Origin: Malacoraja senta
Lineage: Eukaryota
Assembly: GCA_038087875.1 (NCBI GenBank)
Contig: CM075978.1
Coordinates: 56,482,001 to 56,546,000, forward strand
DNA: 64,000 nt
Reading direction: 5' to 3'
Position numbers and translations under genes: made by a program. The notes beneath the pieces were generated by a model. The model worked only from the letters and a program-made list of their open reading frames with translations, had not been told where the DNA came from and did not search any database. Of this stretch, positions 1-12,490 are shown piece after piece (position 1 is the stretch's first letter; each line of letters starts with the position of its first letter).

Positions 1-173
1 TGCAACAAGTAAAAAACATTTCTTGCCATTAATGAATTAGTTGCTAACAATCAAATTCTCGGGGAAAGATTTTTCCCGATTTGTTTTTGGTTTGTTCATA
101 TTTAACATTCACACTATCCAAATATAAACTGCGCTCGCATTAAGTAAACCTTTCTCAAAATCACAATAATAAT

Positions 174-430
174 GACACTGCTGGTAGAGCTGCTGCCCTA
201 CAGTGCAGAGGCCAGAGTTCGATCTTGACCTCGGATGCTGTCTGTGTGGAGTTAGCACGTTCTCCCTGTGACTGCATGGGTTTCCTCTCGGTTCTTCCCA
301 CATCCTAAAGATGTGCATATTTGTAGGTTAATTGGCCTTTGTGTAATCATCCCTAATTTCTAGTGAGTGGATATGAAAGTGGGATAACATAAAATGGGTG
401 GGAATGGGTGATCCATGGTTGGCATGGAGT
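174..430 (+). mobile_element. tRNA-derived SINE (HE1/V-SINE-like), diverged
   Basis: Box A/B-like head (tggtagagctgctgcc...gttcgatcttgacc) followed by the V-domain-like core ggagttagcacgttctccctgtgactgcatgggtttcct, shared with other copies in the window. Confidence 0.8.
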
Positions 431-1029
431 TAGACAATAGACAATAGGTGCAGGAGTAGGCCATTCGGCCCTTCGAGCCAGCAATGTGATCATGGCTGAT
501 CATCCCCAATCAGTACCCTGTTCCTGCCTTCTCCCCATATACCCCGACTCCGCTATCTTTAAGAGCCCTATCTAGCTCTCTCTTGAAAGTATCCAGAGAA
601 CCGGCCTACACCGCCCTCCAAGGCAGAGAATTCCACAGACTCACAACTGTGTGAAAAAGTTCCTCATCTCCGTTCTACATGGCTTACCCCTTATTCTTAA
701 ACTGTGGCCCCTGGTTCTGGATTCCCCCAACATCGGGAACATGTTTCCTGCCTCTAGCGTGACCAAACCCTTTATAATCTTATATGTTTCAATAAGATGC
801 CCTCTCATCCTTCTAAATTCCAGAGTATACAAGCCCAGCCGCTCCATTCTCTCAGTATATGACAGTCCCGCCATCCCGGGAATTAACCTTGTGAACCTAT
901 GCTGCATCTCTCTCTATAGCAAGAATGTCCTTCCTCAAATTGGGGGACCAAAACTGCACACAATACTCCAGGTGTGGTCTCACGAGGGCCCTGTACAACT
1001 GCAGAAGGACCTCTTTGCTCCTATACTCA
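431..1029 (-). mobile_element. CR1 LINE 3' fragment
   Basis: ORF pieces [18 protein letters not shown] / RRMRGHLIETYKIIKG (CR1 ORF2 C-terminus); (ctattgt)n-type tail at 431-447; same subfamily as 41040-43028. Confidence 0.92.
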
Positions 1030-1494
1030 GTGGTGGGCAAAAGGGTCTGATTCCATGATGTATCTCTAAACTGGTCCCAAGTACATTGGAGGTCTGGGAT
1101 CATATAATTAAATGCATCCTTAATCATATCACATGCAGCAATATTTCAGCACACCATCACAAACACAGAAAAATAAAGTAATAGGGGAATTTGAAATCAG
1201 TACAAGTTGTTGGAAGAAATACATCTCATGCTGAATTTGATACCTGCATCCAGGTGACAAACATAAATCAATCTAGTTTTTTGTGTGTTGTGGTTTACAG
1301 TATCACCTGCGTTCCCCCACAAAGCTGATTGGATTACAAACTGATAAGTGGTCATTATCCATTCATTAAACAATTTAAAGGGATGAAAAGAGTCAGCAGC
1401 TGCAACATGAAACAAACACTCCCAGCAAATTGGCAGCTGTGATTTACATCCTGCATGACTATTTTCAACTGACTTGCCAGTTCGTCATATTTAA

Positions 1495-1693
1495 CAAGGA
1501 ACTGCAGATGCTGGAAAATCGAAGGTAGACAAAAATGCTGGAGAAACTCAGCGGGTGATGCAGCATCTATGGAGCGAAGGAAATAGGCAACGTTTCGAGT
1601 CAAGACCCTTCTTCAGACTGAAACGTCGCCTATTTCCTTCGCTCCATAGATGCTGCCTCACCCGCTGAGTTTCTCCAGCATTTTTGTCTACCT
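1495..1693. mobile_element. Penelope-terminus foldback element with a minimal hammerhead ribozyme motif on the minus strand (1586-1619)
   Basis: Arms ~1525-1596 and ~1620-1693 are reverse complements; minus strand reads agt-CTGAAGA-a-gggtcttgactc-GAAA-cgttgcc. Confidence 0.75.
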
Positions 1694-1967
1694 GCCAGTT
1701 CATCATAAATAGCTTTGCAACTTACTATTTTAATTCAATTTCAGTCCAGTTGGTATTCAGTTCAGTTGGTACAATGTAATATCGATTTATCATTTAGGAA
1801 ACCGATACAAGCAGATGAAAACTGTAATTTAAACTCCAAAACATATTTATTGCGAGTCTACAGATATGGATAAGAATATTTAAAGCATGACAAGGCATAA
1901 ACAGTGACCGAAAAAAGTTTACATTATTAACATCTAACAAAATTGAATAACAGCCCATATTACTCAC

Positions 1968-2084
1968 CAGTTCCTGAGGTGCAAAATTAGCCGAGTCAGA
2001 ATCCACTGACCAGTAACAGTAATCAAAGCTAAACTCCATATTACGCTGCCTTGAATCGCCAGGGCTATCAAGCCGTGGGTCCAA
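1968..2084 (-). CDS. STARD9: STARD9 (KIF16A) coding exon 3, kinesin motor N-terminal part
   Basis: 117 nt, acceptor ccag and donor gtgagt, phase 0/0; LDPRLDSPGDSRQRNMEFSFDYCYWSVDSDSANFAPQEL matches the STARD9 motif FDYCYWSV...Q. Confidence 0.93.
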
Positions 2085-2540
2085 CTGGAATTAAGAATTC
2101 AAAACAAATTTCATTTACTACAGATATCCTAGATTCCTTGCACCACACACTATACAGTTTGTCAATTCTATTAACTATGTTCTCATATTAGTTTATTAAC
2201 CATTATATTTTTTTGAGTCTGAGAAAGGTGACAATGTGAGTTGAAGCAGCCAACTTGCAGTAAATCAGAGCCAGGTAATGGACACAAAGGTACAGAACAC
2301 ATCAGGGAGGACCATAATACCATTGCCATTCAATGCGATGGCTTACATGTTAATCACTTATAATGGCGTGCCATAATTATTGAGCAATTTTATTAATATC
2401 ACTTTCTTTTTAAGAGTTCAAAATATTTTATAACGTTACACTAGAAAGGTACCCCTATAAAATGTTCACAAATGCAGAATTAGAACTCCTTTTGTGAATT
2501 CACAACATTTCCTGTAGCTCTAAATGTACACCTTGGCCAT

Positions 2541-3707
2541 CGGGTGGAAATCGCTATCAAAACATGGGGGGGGGGGGAACACAATTCCTTGGTGGACCCG
2601 CGCGTGTGCTCGCGAACACGCACACACACGCGAGGCTTTGGTGGCTTCAGCCGTGGGCCCTGTGGACGGTAACATCGGGAGCTGACCTGTTTAAGAAAGA
2701 ACTGCAGATGCTAGAAAAATCGAAGGTAGACAAAAATGCTGAGAAACTCAGCGGGTGAGGCAGCATCTATGAAGCGAAGGAATAGGCGACGTTTCAGGTC
2801 GAGACCCTTCCTCGGACCAGATCTGATGAAGGGTCTTGACCCGAAACGACACCTACGAAACGCTCCATAGATGCTGCCTCACCCGCTGAGTTTCTCCAGC
2901 ACTTTTGTCTACCTTTGGGAGCTGGCCTGGTTGGTGACCGACTCCGAACTCCAGCAATAGCAGCTTCATCCGCCCCGAATCTTGGGGCTTGAATCGGCCC
3001 GTTTGCCGGGCCTTTCATTGCCCGGCGTGGCTTAAAATCGGCCGGCGGGTGCTTCAACATCGGGAGCTTCAACATCGGGAGCCTTGATCACCTCGATCCA
3101 GCAGTTTGATTTTAAGCCGTGCCGGGCGATGAAAGGCCCCGCATTCGGGCTGATTCAGCCCTTAGAAAGCGTCTGACACCCGCTTGAATCTTTCAACAGC
3201 TACAATGTGATAAATAAAACAAACAAATACAACTGAAGCAAATAAAGGCAAACAGAAGAACCAACCTTGGAGGGGAGAGAGAGATGGTAAAAACATACTA
3301 AATAACGTGAGTGACCTGAACGAGGGACTTAACTGCAAGCCAGCCAGGAAACCAATTTGACCGGAGCCTAATGACTTGACCTGTTTGAATCCGATACTCA
3401 TTTAAATCTTTCCCATCCACCAATACATCCAATTAGTTCAAATTGTAATTGTACCCGCATCAGACAGCTTTAAGAAATTCTCCGTGAATACCTTCAGTAA
3501 TACTTGAAGTTCAAAACACAATTGATGACACATCGTGATAATACGATGTTAATTGAGACACCCCCACTGTCTCGCGGAAAGCGGAGATTTTAAATAGATT
3601 TTTTTTCACCGAATTTCAAAATCCGAATTACAAAACATGGGGGGGGGGGGATTGTCCGCCATCTCTCAAAACATGAGAGGGACGCCCCCCCGGGATTTCC
3701 ACCCACG
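2541..3707. mobile_element. Non-autonomous DNA transposon (probably hAT-type) with a nested Penelope foldback
   Basis: Terminal inverted repeats gggtggaaatc (~2542) and gatttccaccc (~3694-3704); repeated aaaacatg(g)n subterminal motif; imperfect flanking direct repeat ttggccat/ctggccat. Confidence 0.55.
2689..2915. mobile_element. Penelope-terminus foldback element; hammerhead core on the plus strand at 2823-2850
   Basis: Inverted arms; plus strand CTGATGA-a-gggtcttgaccc-GAAA-cgac (cleavage triplet mutated); the minus-strand copy has a mutated core (CCGAGGA). Confidence 0.72.
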
Positions 3708-4521
3708 TCTGGCCATGTGCTTTGGAATGCTTCATGGTCATGAAAGGTGCTACATAAATGCAGTACAATAAGCTTAGAATAAAACCGAGAATAAATATAT
3801 TCAGTTCACATATGAGTGATGCACATCATGTGAAACATATTAGATTTGAATGATACATTTCCTGTGGCTAAGCCACTAAATGCATAAGCATGAGAAAGGA
3901 ATTCTTGTTGGGAAGAACAAAGAAGAATAGAGGTTTGGTTATCTCGGGCTACTGTTGAGCAACTGCTGGCAACTGATTGTACAATGGGACTGCTGAAGGT
4001 CAGGACAAAATGCTCAGAAAAAACACATGCAAAGCAAGAAATAAAGTAAAATAGTGGTTCCACCAGAGCATCAAGCCATTGGTTCCAGTCACCAAGTACA
4101 ACTTCTCTGGAGATCTTTTACAGTGCCCCATCCACCCACAGACTTCTCCCCAAGATGCCAAAATGGACGTCCCCTTTCAGAAATACAAGACCCTCAGGGT
4201 TGAGAATGACTCATTGCCACTCTGGTTCTCTTAAGATTCTTACAGTACCAAAAATGTCCCTTCAGCCCATCGAGTCTGCTACAAGAATTAACCATCCATT
4301 TACATTAATCCACACTATTCTCATTTTAACATCTTATGTTACATTATATATAGGTTTGGAGGAATTTGAGCCAGCACATGCAAGTGCGAGTAGGTTAGAT
4401 ATCTTGATCAGCAAGGGCCTGTTTCCGTGCTGTTTAGCTCTATGATTCTCACTTGGCTGAACTTGTTCTCATAAATAACTCATTCAATTCAATTCCTTAA
4501 AAAAAAAAATCAAACCTGGAG

Positions 4522-4834
4522 CTTTAGTTTAGTTTAGAGATACAGCGCGGAAACAGGCCCTTCGTCCCACCGGCTCCGCGCTGACCAGCGATCCCCGTAC
4601 ATTGTCACTACACTACACCTACTAGGGACAATTTTTACATTCAAGTCAATTAACCTACAAACCTGTACGTCTTTGGAGTGTGGGAGGAAACCGAAGATCT
4701 CGGAGAAACCCACGCAGGTCACAGGGAGAACATACAAACTCCATTCAGACAGCACCCGTAGTCGGGATCGAACCCACTTCCGGCGCTGCATTCACTGTAT
4801 GGCAGCAACTTTACCGCTGCGCCACCGTGACCGC
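4522..4834 (-). mobile_element. tRNA-derived SINE (HE1-like), near full length
   Basis: Minus strand: ggtggcgcagcggtaaagttgctgcc...gttcgatcccgactacgggtgctgtctg..., ending tgtatctc(taaac)n. Confidence 0.9.
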
Positions 4835-4909
4835 CAATCCCTGAGAAAATCCCTGCACTGTTCAAGCTATCGGTCTCCTTATGGGATACATTGAACATTC
4901 CTTCTTTTA

Positions 4910-5420
4910 CTCTAGCTCAGGGTAACCTATCTCAAGTCTCTTTTTTTCTGGCATTGATGCCGATCAATATTGCTTCAATTTGCATATAACGCAATATTAT
5001 TTTTTTCTGCCACATACCATCCTGCACTCACTGTCACTTGCTCTAAATTTGACTCTTCCCGTCATTTCTCAATATCTCCATCTGCACCTCAGAGGATGGG
5101 TTAGCTGCAAGTCCATCAACTCCCACAGCTAGCTGAACCACACTTTTCCCAACCCAGCTTCTTGCAGAACTCCATTTCCATTCTCCCAGTTTTCCCATCT
5201 CTGTCACATCCTTCCACTCCACCAACCTCTAAATGCATCAGATCCTAGACAATAATTTCTGACATTTCCAACATGACACCACAGCCATATTTAACCTCCC
5301 ATCCCCTCCACTCCCCTTCTCCTCTTCCCACTGTCACTTGCAATTTTCCATCCCATAGCATCTTCCCACACAACTAAACGAGATATAACACCTGCTCTTT
5401 GATAGTTTATTTTCCTGTCA
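4910..5420 (+). mobile_element. Degenerate Penelope-like element RT C-terminal remnant
   Basis: Sequence resembles the PLE segments at 28590-28760 and 31071-31477 (PFLD..SISGD...PTDSHSYL region). Confidence 0.5.
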
Positions 5421-5493
5421 AATAGCTCTTCCTGGTGAAGCAGCAATCCACAAATAGATCCTCCAATTAAATAGTTCTGCTCAAGATGCAGAG

Positions 5494-6047
5494 CAGGGGT
5501 CGGCAACCTTGTTCTACATAGGGGCCAGGACGCACGTCTGTGAGCGGACGGCGGGCCACATCTATCACGTGTACACATGGATCCCGCCCCCATCCCGCCC
5601 CGGATGGCAGGCATCAAACCACGTGATCACATAGATCCTGCCCCTTCGAGGACGCCACCCGGAGCACTGGCCCCTAGTTACTCACTCGTCCCCGGCCTAT
5701 TGACAACCCCGATCCCGACAGTGAAGCCCAGACACAGAAGGTGCGCGGCCGTGCAGGCGGCTTTGCGCAGGATGCGGTACGGCCAGAGCTCGGCGTTTGG
5801 CGCTGCTCGGCGCCGCTCGGCATTTGGCCCTGCTCGGCGGCGCTCGGCCTGCTCGCCATTGCTCGGCGACTCTGCCAGCGCAGGCCTCCTTTCATCACCG
5901 TGCCTGGGCACCGCGGCCTCGGGAGGTACCAGAGATGATGGAAGTCTGTGGGCCGGATGATTACGGGGGAAAAAAATATACCTGCGGGCCGGATGTTTCG
6001 GGTTACGGGCTGCATTCGGCCCAGGGGCTGTAGGTTGCCAACCGCTG
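5494..6047. mobile_element. hAT (Charlie-type) MITE
   Basis: TIRs caggggtcggcaacc and ggttgccaaccgctg; 8-bp TSD atgcagag (5486-5493) / atgtagag (6048-6055); subterminal gcgggcc motifs. Confidence 0.88.
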
Positions 6048-7811
6048 ATGTAGAGTCCTCTGCATTGGAGTTCATAACAGTGACCCTAGATTTCCAATTA
6101 TCCTTAATTAACTTCTCCAGCTTTGGCCACCTTCATTGTTGCAACAAACAAATCCCTTGGGACTACACGAAAAGATACCTTCCCTTAATACAAGAATTAT
6201 TCTTTATCTCCATTCCCAAGAACACCCATAAAGAAAAACATTAGCTATTTTGGTCAAAAAGGTTTGTGCCAATTTCTCTTTTTGAATTTTAAAAGGGATT
6301 AAGAAATCAACAACTGCTCCTCGCGTTATCCAATTCTAACAATTGCTACATAAATAGACTAAAAATGCAAAGATGATATTTTATGTAAAAGGTCAGGTTT
6401 TAGCATTATGCTTTTAAGTATAGATTTTAAAATGTCAACTGTCAGCATTCCATGGCTTAGTTGCTGGAAACACTTCCTGTTTACAAAACCTCTGATCTGC
6501 TCACAAAAAACTTTGAAAGAAAAGAGGATAGTTTGCAATGTCAGAATTAGACATGGAGAACAATTGCCGACTGTTTTTTTTAACCATGGAAATTGTATTT
6601 AGAATACAAATTGGATTAACTCAAAGCGAGACTCACCTACATTGCACAGAGATGCAGCTCACACCAGTTTCACTTGACTGTGCATACAACCTGAAGGCTT
6701 ATCAATTCACCGATGGACTGTACAGTGCCCTCGGCAAGGTAAGAGGTGGAAGGATCTGCTTCCTTATCAACATCTTGTGATGCTCAGATGTGGAGATCCT
6801 GGCGAATTCCTGCACCCGTGACCTGGTGTGCTCCTACCACCTACAGTGGGAATTCACATCGGCTATTCTGACTGTAGTCTACATCCTATCCCACACGAAC
6901 ATAAAGCTTACATTGGATGTGCAATATACATCTACCAATAGCCTTGAAATGAAGTACTATGGCCTTTTACATCATAGCCAGGGACTTCAGGCAGGTCGAC
7001 CTCAAGAGTGTACTACCAAAATACGTCCTGTCACACCAGAAGGTCAAACCAGAGGGTCAAACAGCTTTGACCACTGCTATACAACAATTAAGGATGTTTT
7101 CCCCTTCACCCCTCAGCACTAATTTGGTAAATTTGGTAATTCAGACTGTGCTTCAACTCCCTGTCTACGAGCAGAAGCAGGAGGAGGAAAATCCAGTACA
7201 ATAAGTCATACAGTGCTGGTCTGAAGAAAGACACAAGATCCGTTGCGACTGCTTTGAGATGGTGGACAAGTCCACATGCAAGGATTCAGCAGCCAACCTA
7301 CGTGAGTATGCCACTGCTGTCACAGACCTCTTCAGTGAGAGTGCAAAGGAATGCATGCCTAAGATAACACAAGCTTCCCCAATCAGATACAGCAAGATCC
7401 ACACCCTAGCAAAGTATGTCTGATTTGGGTGAACTAAACCTGTACTGGAAATCTTAATGGGACCTTCACAAAGTGGCATGCTTTTACAGAATACAAAGCA
7501 AAGTTGGGCAGAATTGCCGGCATCAATGCATCCCTCCACCTCAAGCTCAATAGATTCCATGCTCGTTCAGAAGGTCATTAAAATTACGTCATCTGCACCC
7601 ATGCCATCAGCCCAGATGTATAAACCAGTGAAAAGCAACAGGCCCAGATGGATCCCTGGCCATGGCTTCAGAACCTGCATAGACTAGATGGCAGGAACAT
7701 TTGTGGCCATCTTTATCATCTCCATGCTCCAATCGAAGGTTCCCACCTGCTTTAAAACCATTATCATGTCACTGCCAAAGAAAGCCAAGGTAATATGCCT
7801 TAATGACCACC

Positions 7812-8215
7812 AGAAGATTGAGGGGGGATCCTATAGAAACGTACAAAATTCTTAAGGGGTTGGACAGGCTAGATGCAGGAAGATTGTTCCCGATGTTGGG
7901 GAAGTCCAGAACAAGTGGTCACAGTTTAAGGATACAGGGGACATCTTTTAGGACTGAGATGAGAAAAACATTTTTTACACAGAGAGTGGTGAATCTCTGG
8001 AATTCTCTGCCACAGAATGTAGTTGAGGCCAGTTCATTGGCTATATTTAAGAGGGAGTTAGATGTGGCCCTTGTGGCTAAAGGGATCAGGGGGTATGGAG
8101 AGAAGGCAGGTACAGGATACTGAGTTGGATGATCAGCCATGATCATATTGAATGGCGATCCAGGCTCGAAGGGCCGAATGGCCTACTCCTGCACCTATTT
8201 TCTATGTTTCTATCT
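7812..8215 (+). mobile_element. CR1 LINE 3' fragment (young subfamily)
   Basis: RRLRGDPIETYKILKG...RELDVALVAKGIRGYGEKAGTGY*; (ttctatg)n tail; nearly identical to the 3' end of 32578-33989. Confidence 0.93.
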
Positions 8216-8751
8216 ATGCATAGGCTCTGACATCCACCCCTACTTCCTGCTTCAAGGCTGCACATGGCACACAACTCCAGCCTCCCAGGTAACTTGATCT
8301 AGTGCCATTTACCAACCGCAACAAGTAGTCTAAAGCAGGTCCCATGTCCCTGGGCTTACACTCATCCCTGAAATATCTGGATAGCAAGAACACCTGCATC
8401 AGATTCCAATGGATTGACTACAGCTCCACCTTCCACACCATAACATCAATCAAATTAATCTGCAAATTCCTGGACCTATGACTCAACATCCCCTTCTACA
8501 ATTGAATCCTTGACTTCCTGACCCATAGACCACAATCAGTGAGGATATGCAACACAACATCCTCCACGATAATTCTCAACACCGCCGTCCTGCAAGGCTG
8601 TGTTCTCAGCCTTTAATATACTCCCTGTACTGTGTGTCAAATTCTGCTCCAAATCCATTTATGAATTTGCAGATGCCTCCACCTTTGTGGATCAAACAAT
8701 GGTGAGATAGAATGCAGGAAGGAGATAGAGATAGTAGTAACATAGTGTTAA

Positions 8752-9464
8752 GATGGTTGAAAGGGTCAAGAGGGTTGAAAGGGTCAAGAGCTTCAAATTC
8801 CTGGGCGTGCACATCTCTGAAGATCTTTCCTGGTCCGAGAACACTGATGCCATTATTAAGAAAGCACATCAGCGCCTCTACTTCCTGAGAAGATTATGGA
8901 GAGTCGGTTTGTCAAGGAGGACTCTCTCTAACTTCTACAGGTGCACAGTAGAGAGCATGCTGACCGGTTGCATCATGGCTTGGTTCGGCAACTTTAGTGC
9001 CCTGGAGAGGAAAAGACTACAAAAAGTAGTAAACACTGCCCAGTCCATCATCGGCTCTGACCTCCCTTCCATCGAGGGGATCTATCATAGTCGCTGCCTC
9101 AAAAAGGCTGGCAGTATCATCAAGGACCCACACCATCCTGGCCACACACTCATCTCCCTACTACCTTCAGGTAGAATGTACAGGAGCCTGAAGACTGCAA
9201 CGACCAGGTTCAGGAATAGCTACTTCCCCACAGCCATCAGGCTTTTAAACTTGGCTCGGACAAAACTCTGAACTTTAATAGCCCATTAACTGTTATTTGC
9301 ACTTTATCAGTTTATTTATTAATGTGTGTATATATTTATAGAATGGTATATGGACACACTGATCTGTTTTGTAGTCAATGCCTACTATGTTCTGTTGTGC
9401 TGAAGCAAAGCAAGAATTTCATTGTCCTATCAGGGACACATGACAATAAACTCACTTGAACTTG
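8752..9464 (+). mobile_element. Young Rex1/Babar-type LINE 3' fragment
   Basis: ORF 8753-9271 (VKSFKFLGVHISEDLSW...IIKDPHHPGH...RNSYFP), 3' UTR and (acttga)n tail; nearly identical to 40246-40952. Confidence 0.9.
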
Positions 9465-10475
9465 AGATAACAGACACTCCCACGATATCATCAAGACAAA
9501 GTCGCTGGTCATCGATTTCAGGAAGCAGGATGGAGTTCACACTCAAGTCTGACGTGGAGATGGTCAAGAGCTTCAAGTTCCTTGGCATAAATATCACCAT
9601 CAATTTGTTCTGATCCAACCACATTGAAGATACGGTCAAGAAAGCACACCAAAGCCTCTACTTTCTCAGAAGGCTAAGGAAATTTGGCATGCCTCCAACA
9701 ATTCTTACCAATTTCTACAGATGTACCATAGAAAGCAGCCTATCTGGATGTATCACAACTTTGTATGGAAACTGCTCTGCCTAAGATCTAAAGAAACTGC
9801 AGAGAGTTGTGAATGCAGCCCAATACATCATATAAAACTGCTTCTCCCACTACTCCATCTGCACTTCCTGCTGACTCGTGAAAGTAAGCGACAAAATTAA
9901 AGACCACTCACTCACACATTTTGTTTTCTCCCCTCTTCTGTTGGGCAGAAGATACAAAAGCTTGAAAGCATGTATCATCAGATTGAGAAACAGTTTCTTC
10001 CCCACTGTTAGACTCGTGATCGGACGTCATATGCTAAAGATAAATTACCAATATTCCAATCTACTCCAAAACTCTACTTTCTCAGTCGCTGTAACGCCAT
10101 ATTCTGCGATCTGTTCATTTTCTCTTTTACACTACCTGTTTACTACATATGGTATGATTTGCCTGGAAAGTATAAAAAACAAAGTTTTTCTCTGTATCAC
10201 GGTACGCATGACAATAATCAATCAAATCACAAAACTGCAAATGGAACTCTGAAATAAATACTGAATAGCTGTGAAATAAAAATCAGGTTGGACATGCTGG
10301 AAAGACTTAGTAGGTTTGTTGAAGGGTCAGGAACCCGAGGCATTCACCGCTTCTCTTTCCACAGCTGCTGACTGACCTGCTGGGGTTTTCCAGCATTTTC
10401 TATGTTTTCAATATTGTTTAGATGTAATGTTAGATATTATCTGAATTGAAACATACGTAACATAAGCTCACTTAC

Positions 10476-10545
10476 CCTGACATTTCTGATGCTGGCAACT
10501 TTGTCATCCACCTTCACAATTATACTCGAGCCTTCTGCGCATTCT
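10476..10545 (-). CDS. STARD9: STARD9 coding exon 2
   Basis: 70 nt, acceptor ttccag and donor gtaagt; (R)ECAEGSSIIVKVDDKVASIRNVR, in phase with exons 1 and 3; aligns with STARD9 ETKEGGRIIVEVDGKVAKIRNLK. Confidence 0.93.
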
Positions 10546-11114
10546 CTGGAAGGAGACATGGACATGATTAAAAACTATTCTAAACTGTGAAGTTCACAAC
10601 AAGCAAATAGCATAGTTAGACAAATATACTCTTTCCATATGCCAGTCACATAAGAAACAGAGTTGGTATAACTATCAAACATTTTGGATATCATTGCATT
10701 GTAAATAATCAATACTTAGCTATAGATATATCCAAGAATAAATCATTTTCAAAAGATGCATGCACACATGGTTTCAATCCATAATCTACTGGAAAAAATG
10801 AAAATATTTTTTAGCTTAACATCCACAATTTGCACCCGCTGACTTCAATCAGCTCACTGCAATATTCAACTTTGGAGAAATGCCTTAGCTTGGCTGCACT
10901 GATTCAGAATCACATTCAGTAAAGCAAAATCATAGGAACATGAGAAACAGCATAGTGCTACTGACTATTCACAAAGGGATAAAAATGACTGTATGGAAAA
11001 CCATTTCAACTTTTGCCAAACAAGATACAGACAACATAGTGCTGAAGTAACTCAGGTCAGGCAGCATCTCTAGCGCGCTGAGTTACTCCAGCACTGTGTC
11101 TTTTCACCTCGGCG

Positions 11115-11530
11115 TGCCCCACCATTCCATATGATCATGGCTGACATGTGCCCGCAACTCCTCTTCTGAAGCAACTCTCAATAACCCTCAATTCCTCAAT
11201 CTTTCACATATTTATCTCTCTCCAATTTATTTATTTCCAATGATCAGGCCTCTACCACCACTGGGCAGAAAAATCCAGAGATTCACTATCCTCTGAGAAG
11301 TTGTTTCTACACACCTCAGTTTTAAATGACCAGTCCTTTATCTTGTAGCTATATCCCCTCATTAATGCAAATATCCCAATATCAACGGCCAAGCCCCCTT
11401 AACATATTGTATGATATAACATAACATAAGGTCATCCCTTATTCTTCGAAACTTTAAGGAATACAGACCGAAAGAATCCAGCTTCTCTTGTTAGATCAAT
11501 CCTTTCATTCCAAGTATTAGTCTGATGATT
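11115..11530 (-). mobile_element. Degenerate CR1 3' fragment
   Basis: Resembles CR1 3' ends elsewhere in the window (ccattc..atgatcatggctga, agattcac, ctcagttttaaatg). Confidence 0.6.
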
Positions 11531-11654
11531 GTATTGGCTCCAATCATATTATAGACTTGTTTTATTTCCCAATCTACCTCATCGTGGACGATGCACTTTT
11601 TTTACAAGTCTGCGCTCTGTAACATAATGCCATAACACTATCTTCTGCATTCTG

Positions 11655-12490
11655 GAGACACAATGAACTGCAGATGCTGGTAACAAGAAAGACACAAAAT
11701 GCTGGAGTAACTCAGCGGGTCAGGCAGTATCTCTAGAGAACGGGCATAGGTGACGTTACAGGTCGGGACCCTTCTTCAGACTGGTGGTGGTTGTGGTTGG
11801 GGGGTGGAGAAAGCTGAAAGAGAGGAATGGTAAGACAAAGCCTGGCAAGTAATAGGTAGATTCTGGTGAGGGAATTTTTTAGGCAGATGGTTGGACAAAG
11901 GCTGGAAATGAAAAGACAGGTGTTGGACAAATGCTTTGAAAAAGTTGTGAATTGTGAAGCTCCCACCTAATCCCACTGCCAATCACATATTCCCATCCCC
12001 ACCCCTTTCCGCCTTCCAGACTGTTCCCTCCACAACTTCTTGGTTCACAGATTCCTTCCCACCCAAACCACCCCCTCCCCAGGTACTTTCCCTTGTAACC
12101 GCAGGAGATGCAACACCTGTCCCGATACGTCCTCCCTCGCATCTACCCAGGGGCCCCAGCAGTCCTTCCAGGTAAGACCGAGGTTCACATGCACCTTCTC
12201 TAACCTCGACTCCTGCATCCAGTATTCCCGATGTGGCTTCCTGTACATTGGCAAGACAAAGCGTAGATTTGGTGGCCATTTCGCGGAACACAGAGCTCAG
12301 TCAGTCAAGGCCTACTGGATCTCCCGGTTGTTAATCATTTTAGCTCCTCTTCCTATTCCCATAATGACCTCTCTGTCCTGGGCCTCGTTCATTGCCAGAG
12401 TGAAGCCGCACACAAATTGGTGGAACAGCACCTCAGATTCTGCTTGGGGAGCTTGCACCCAATGGAATGAACTTTAAATGCTCCAATGTT
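11655..12490 (+). mobile_element. Penelope-like element remnant: inverted hammerhead-bearing terminus (11655-11782) plus GIY-YIG endonuclease fragment
   Basis: ORF 12040-12477: PGTFPCNRRRCNTC...FTC...SRCGFLYIGKTKRRFGGHFAEH (PLE GIY-YIG with Cys motifs); upstream antisense pLTR with a core mutated to GTAA. Confidence 0.85.

Larger units (their letters stand above)
6590..10220 (+). mobile_element. Old degenerate Rex1/Babar-type LINE, interrupted by younger insertions
   Basis: Broken endonuclease/RT remnants (GGRICFLIN, DYSSTFHT, VEMVKSFKFLG, GRRYKSLKA...RNSFFP) and a 3' atgacaata-type end near 10210. Confidence 0.75.

Noticed and set aside
1794-1967. Extension of ORF 1794-2084 beyond the kinesin-like peptide
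   Set aside because: Read-through past the gtgagt donor at 1967; similarity to STARD9 ends at the splice site
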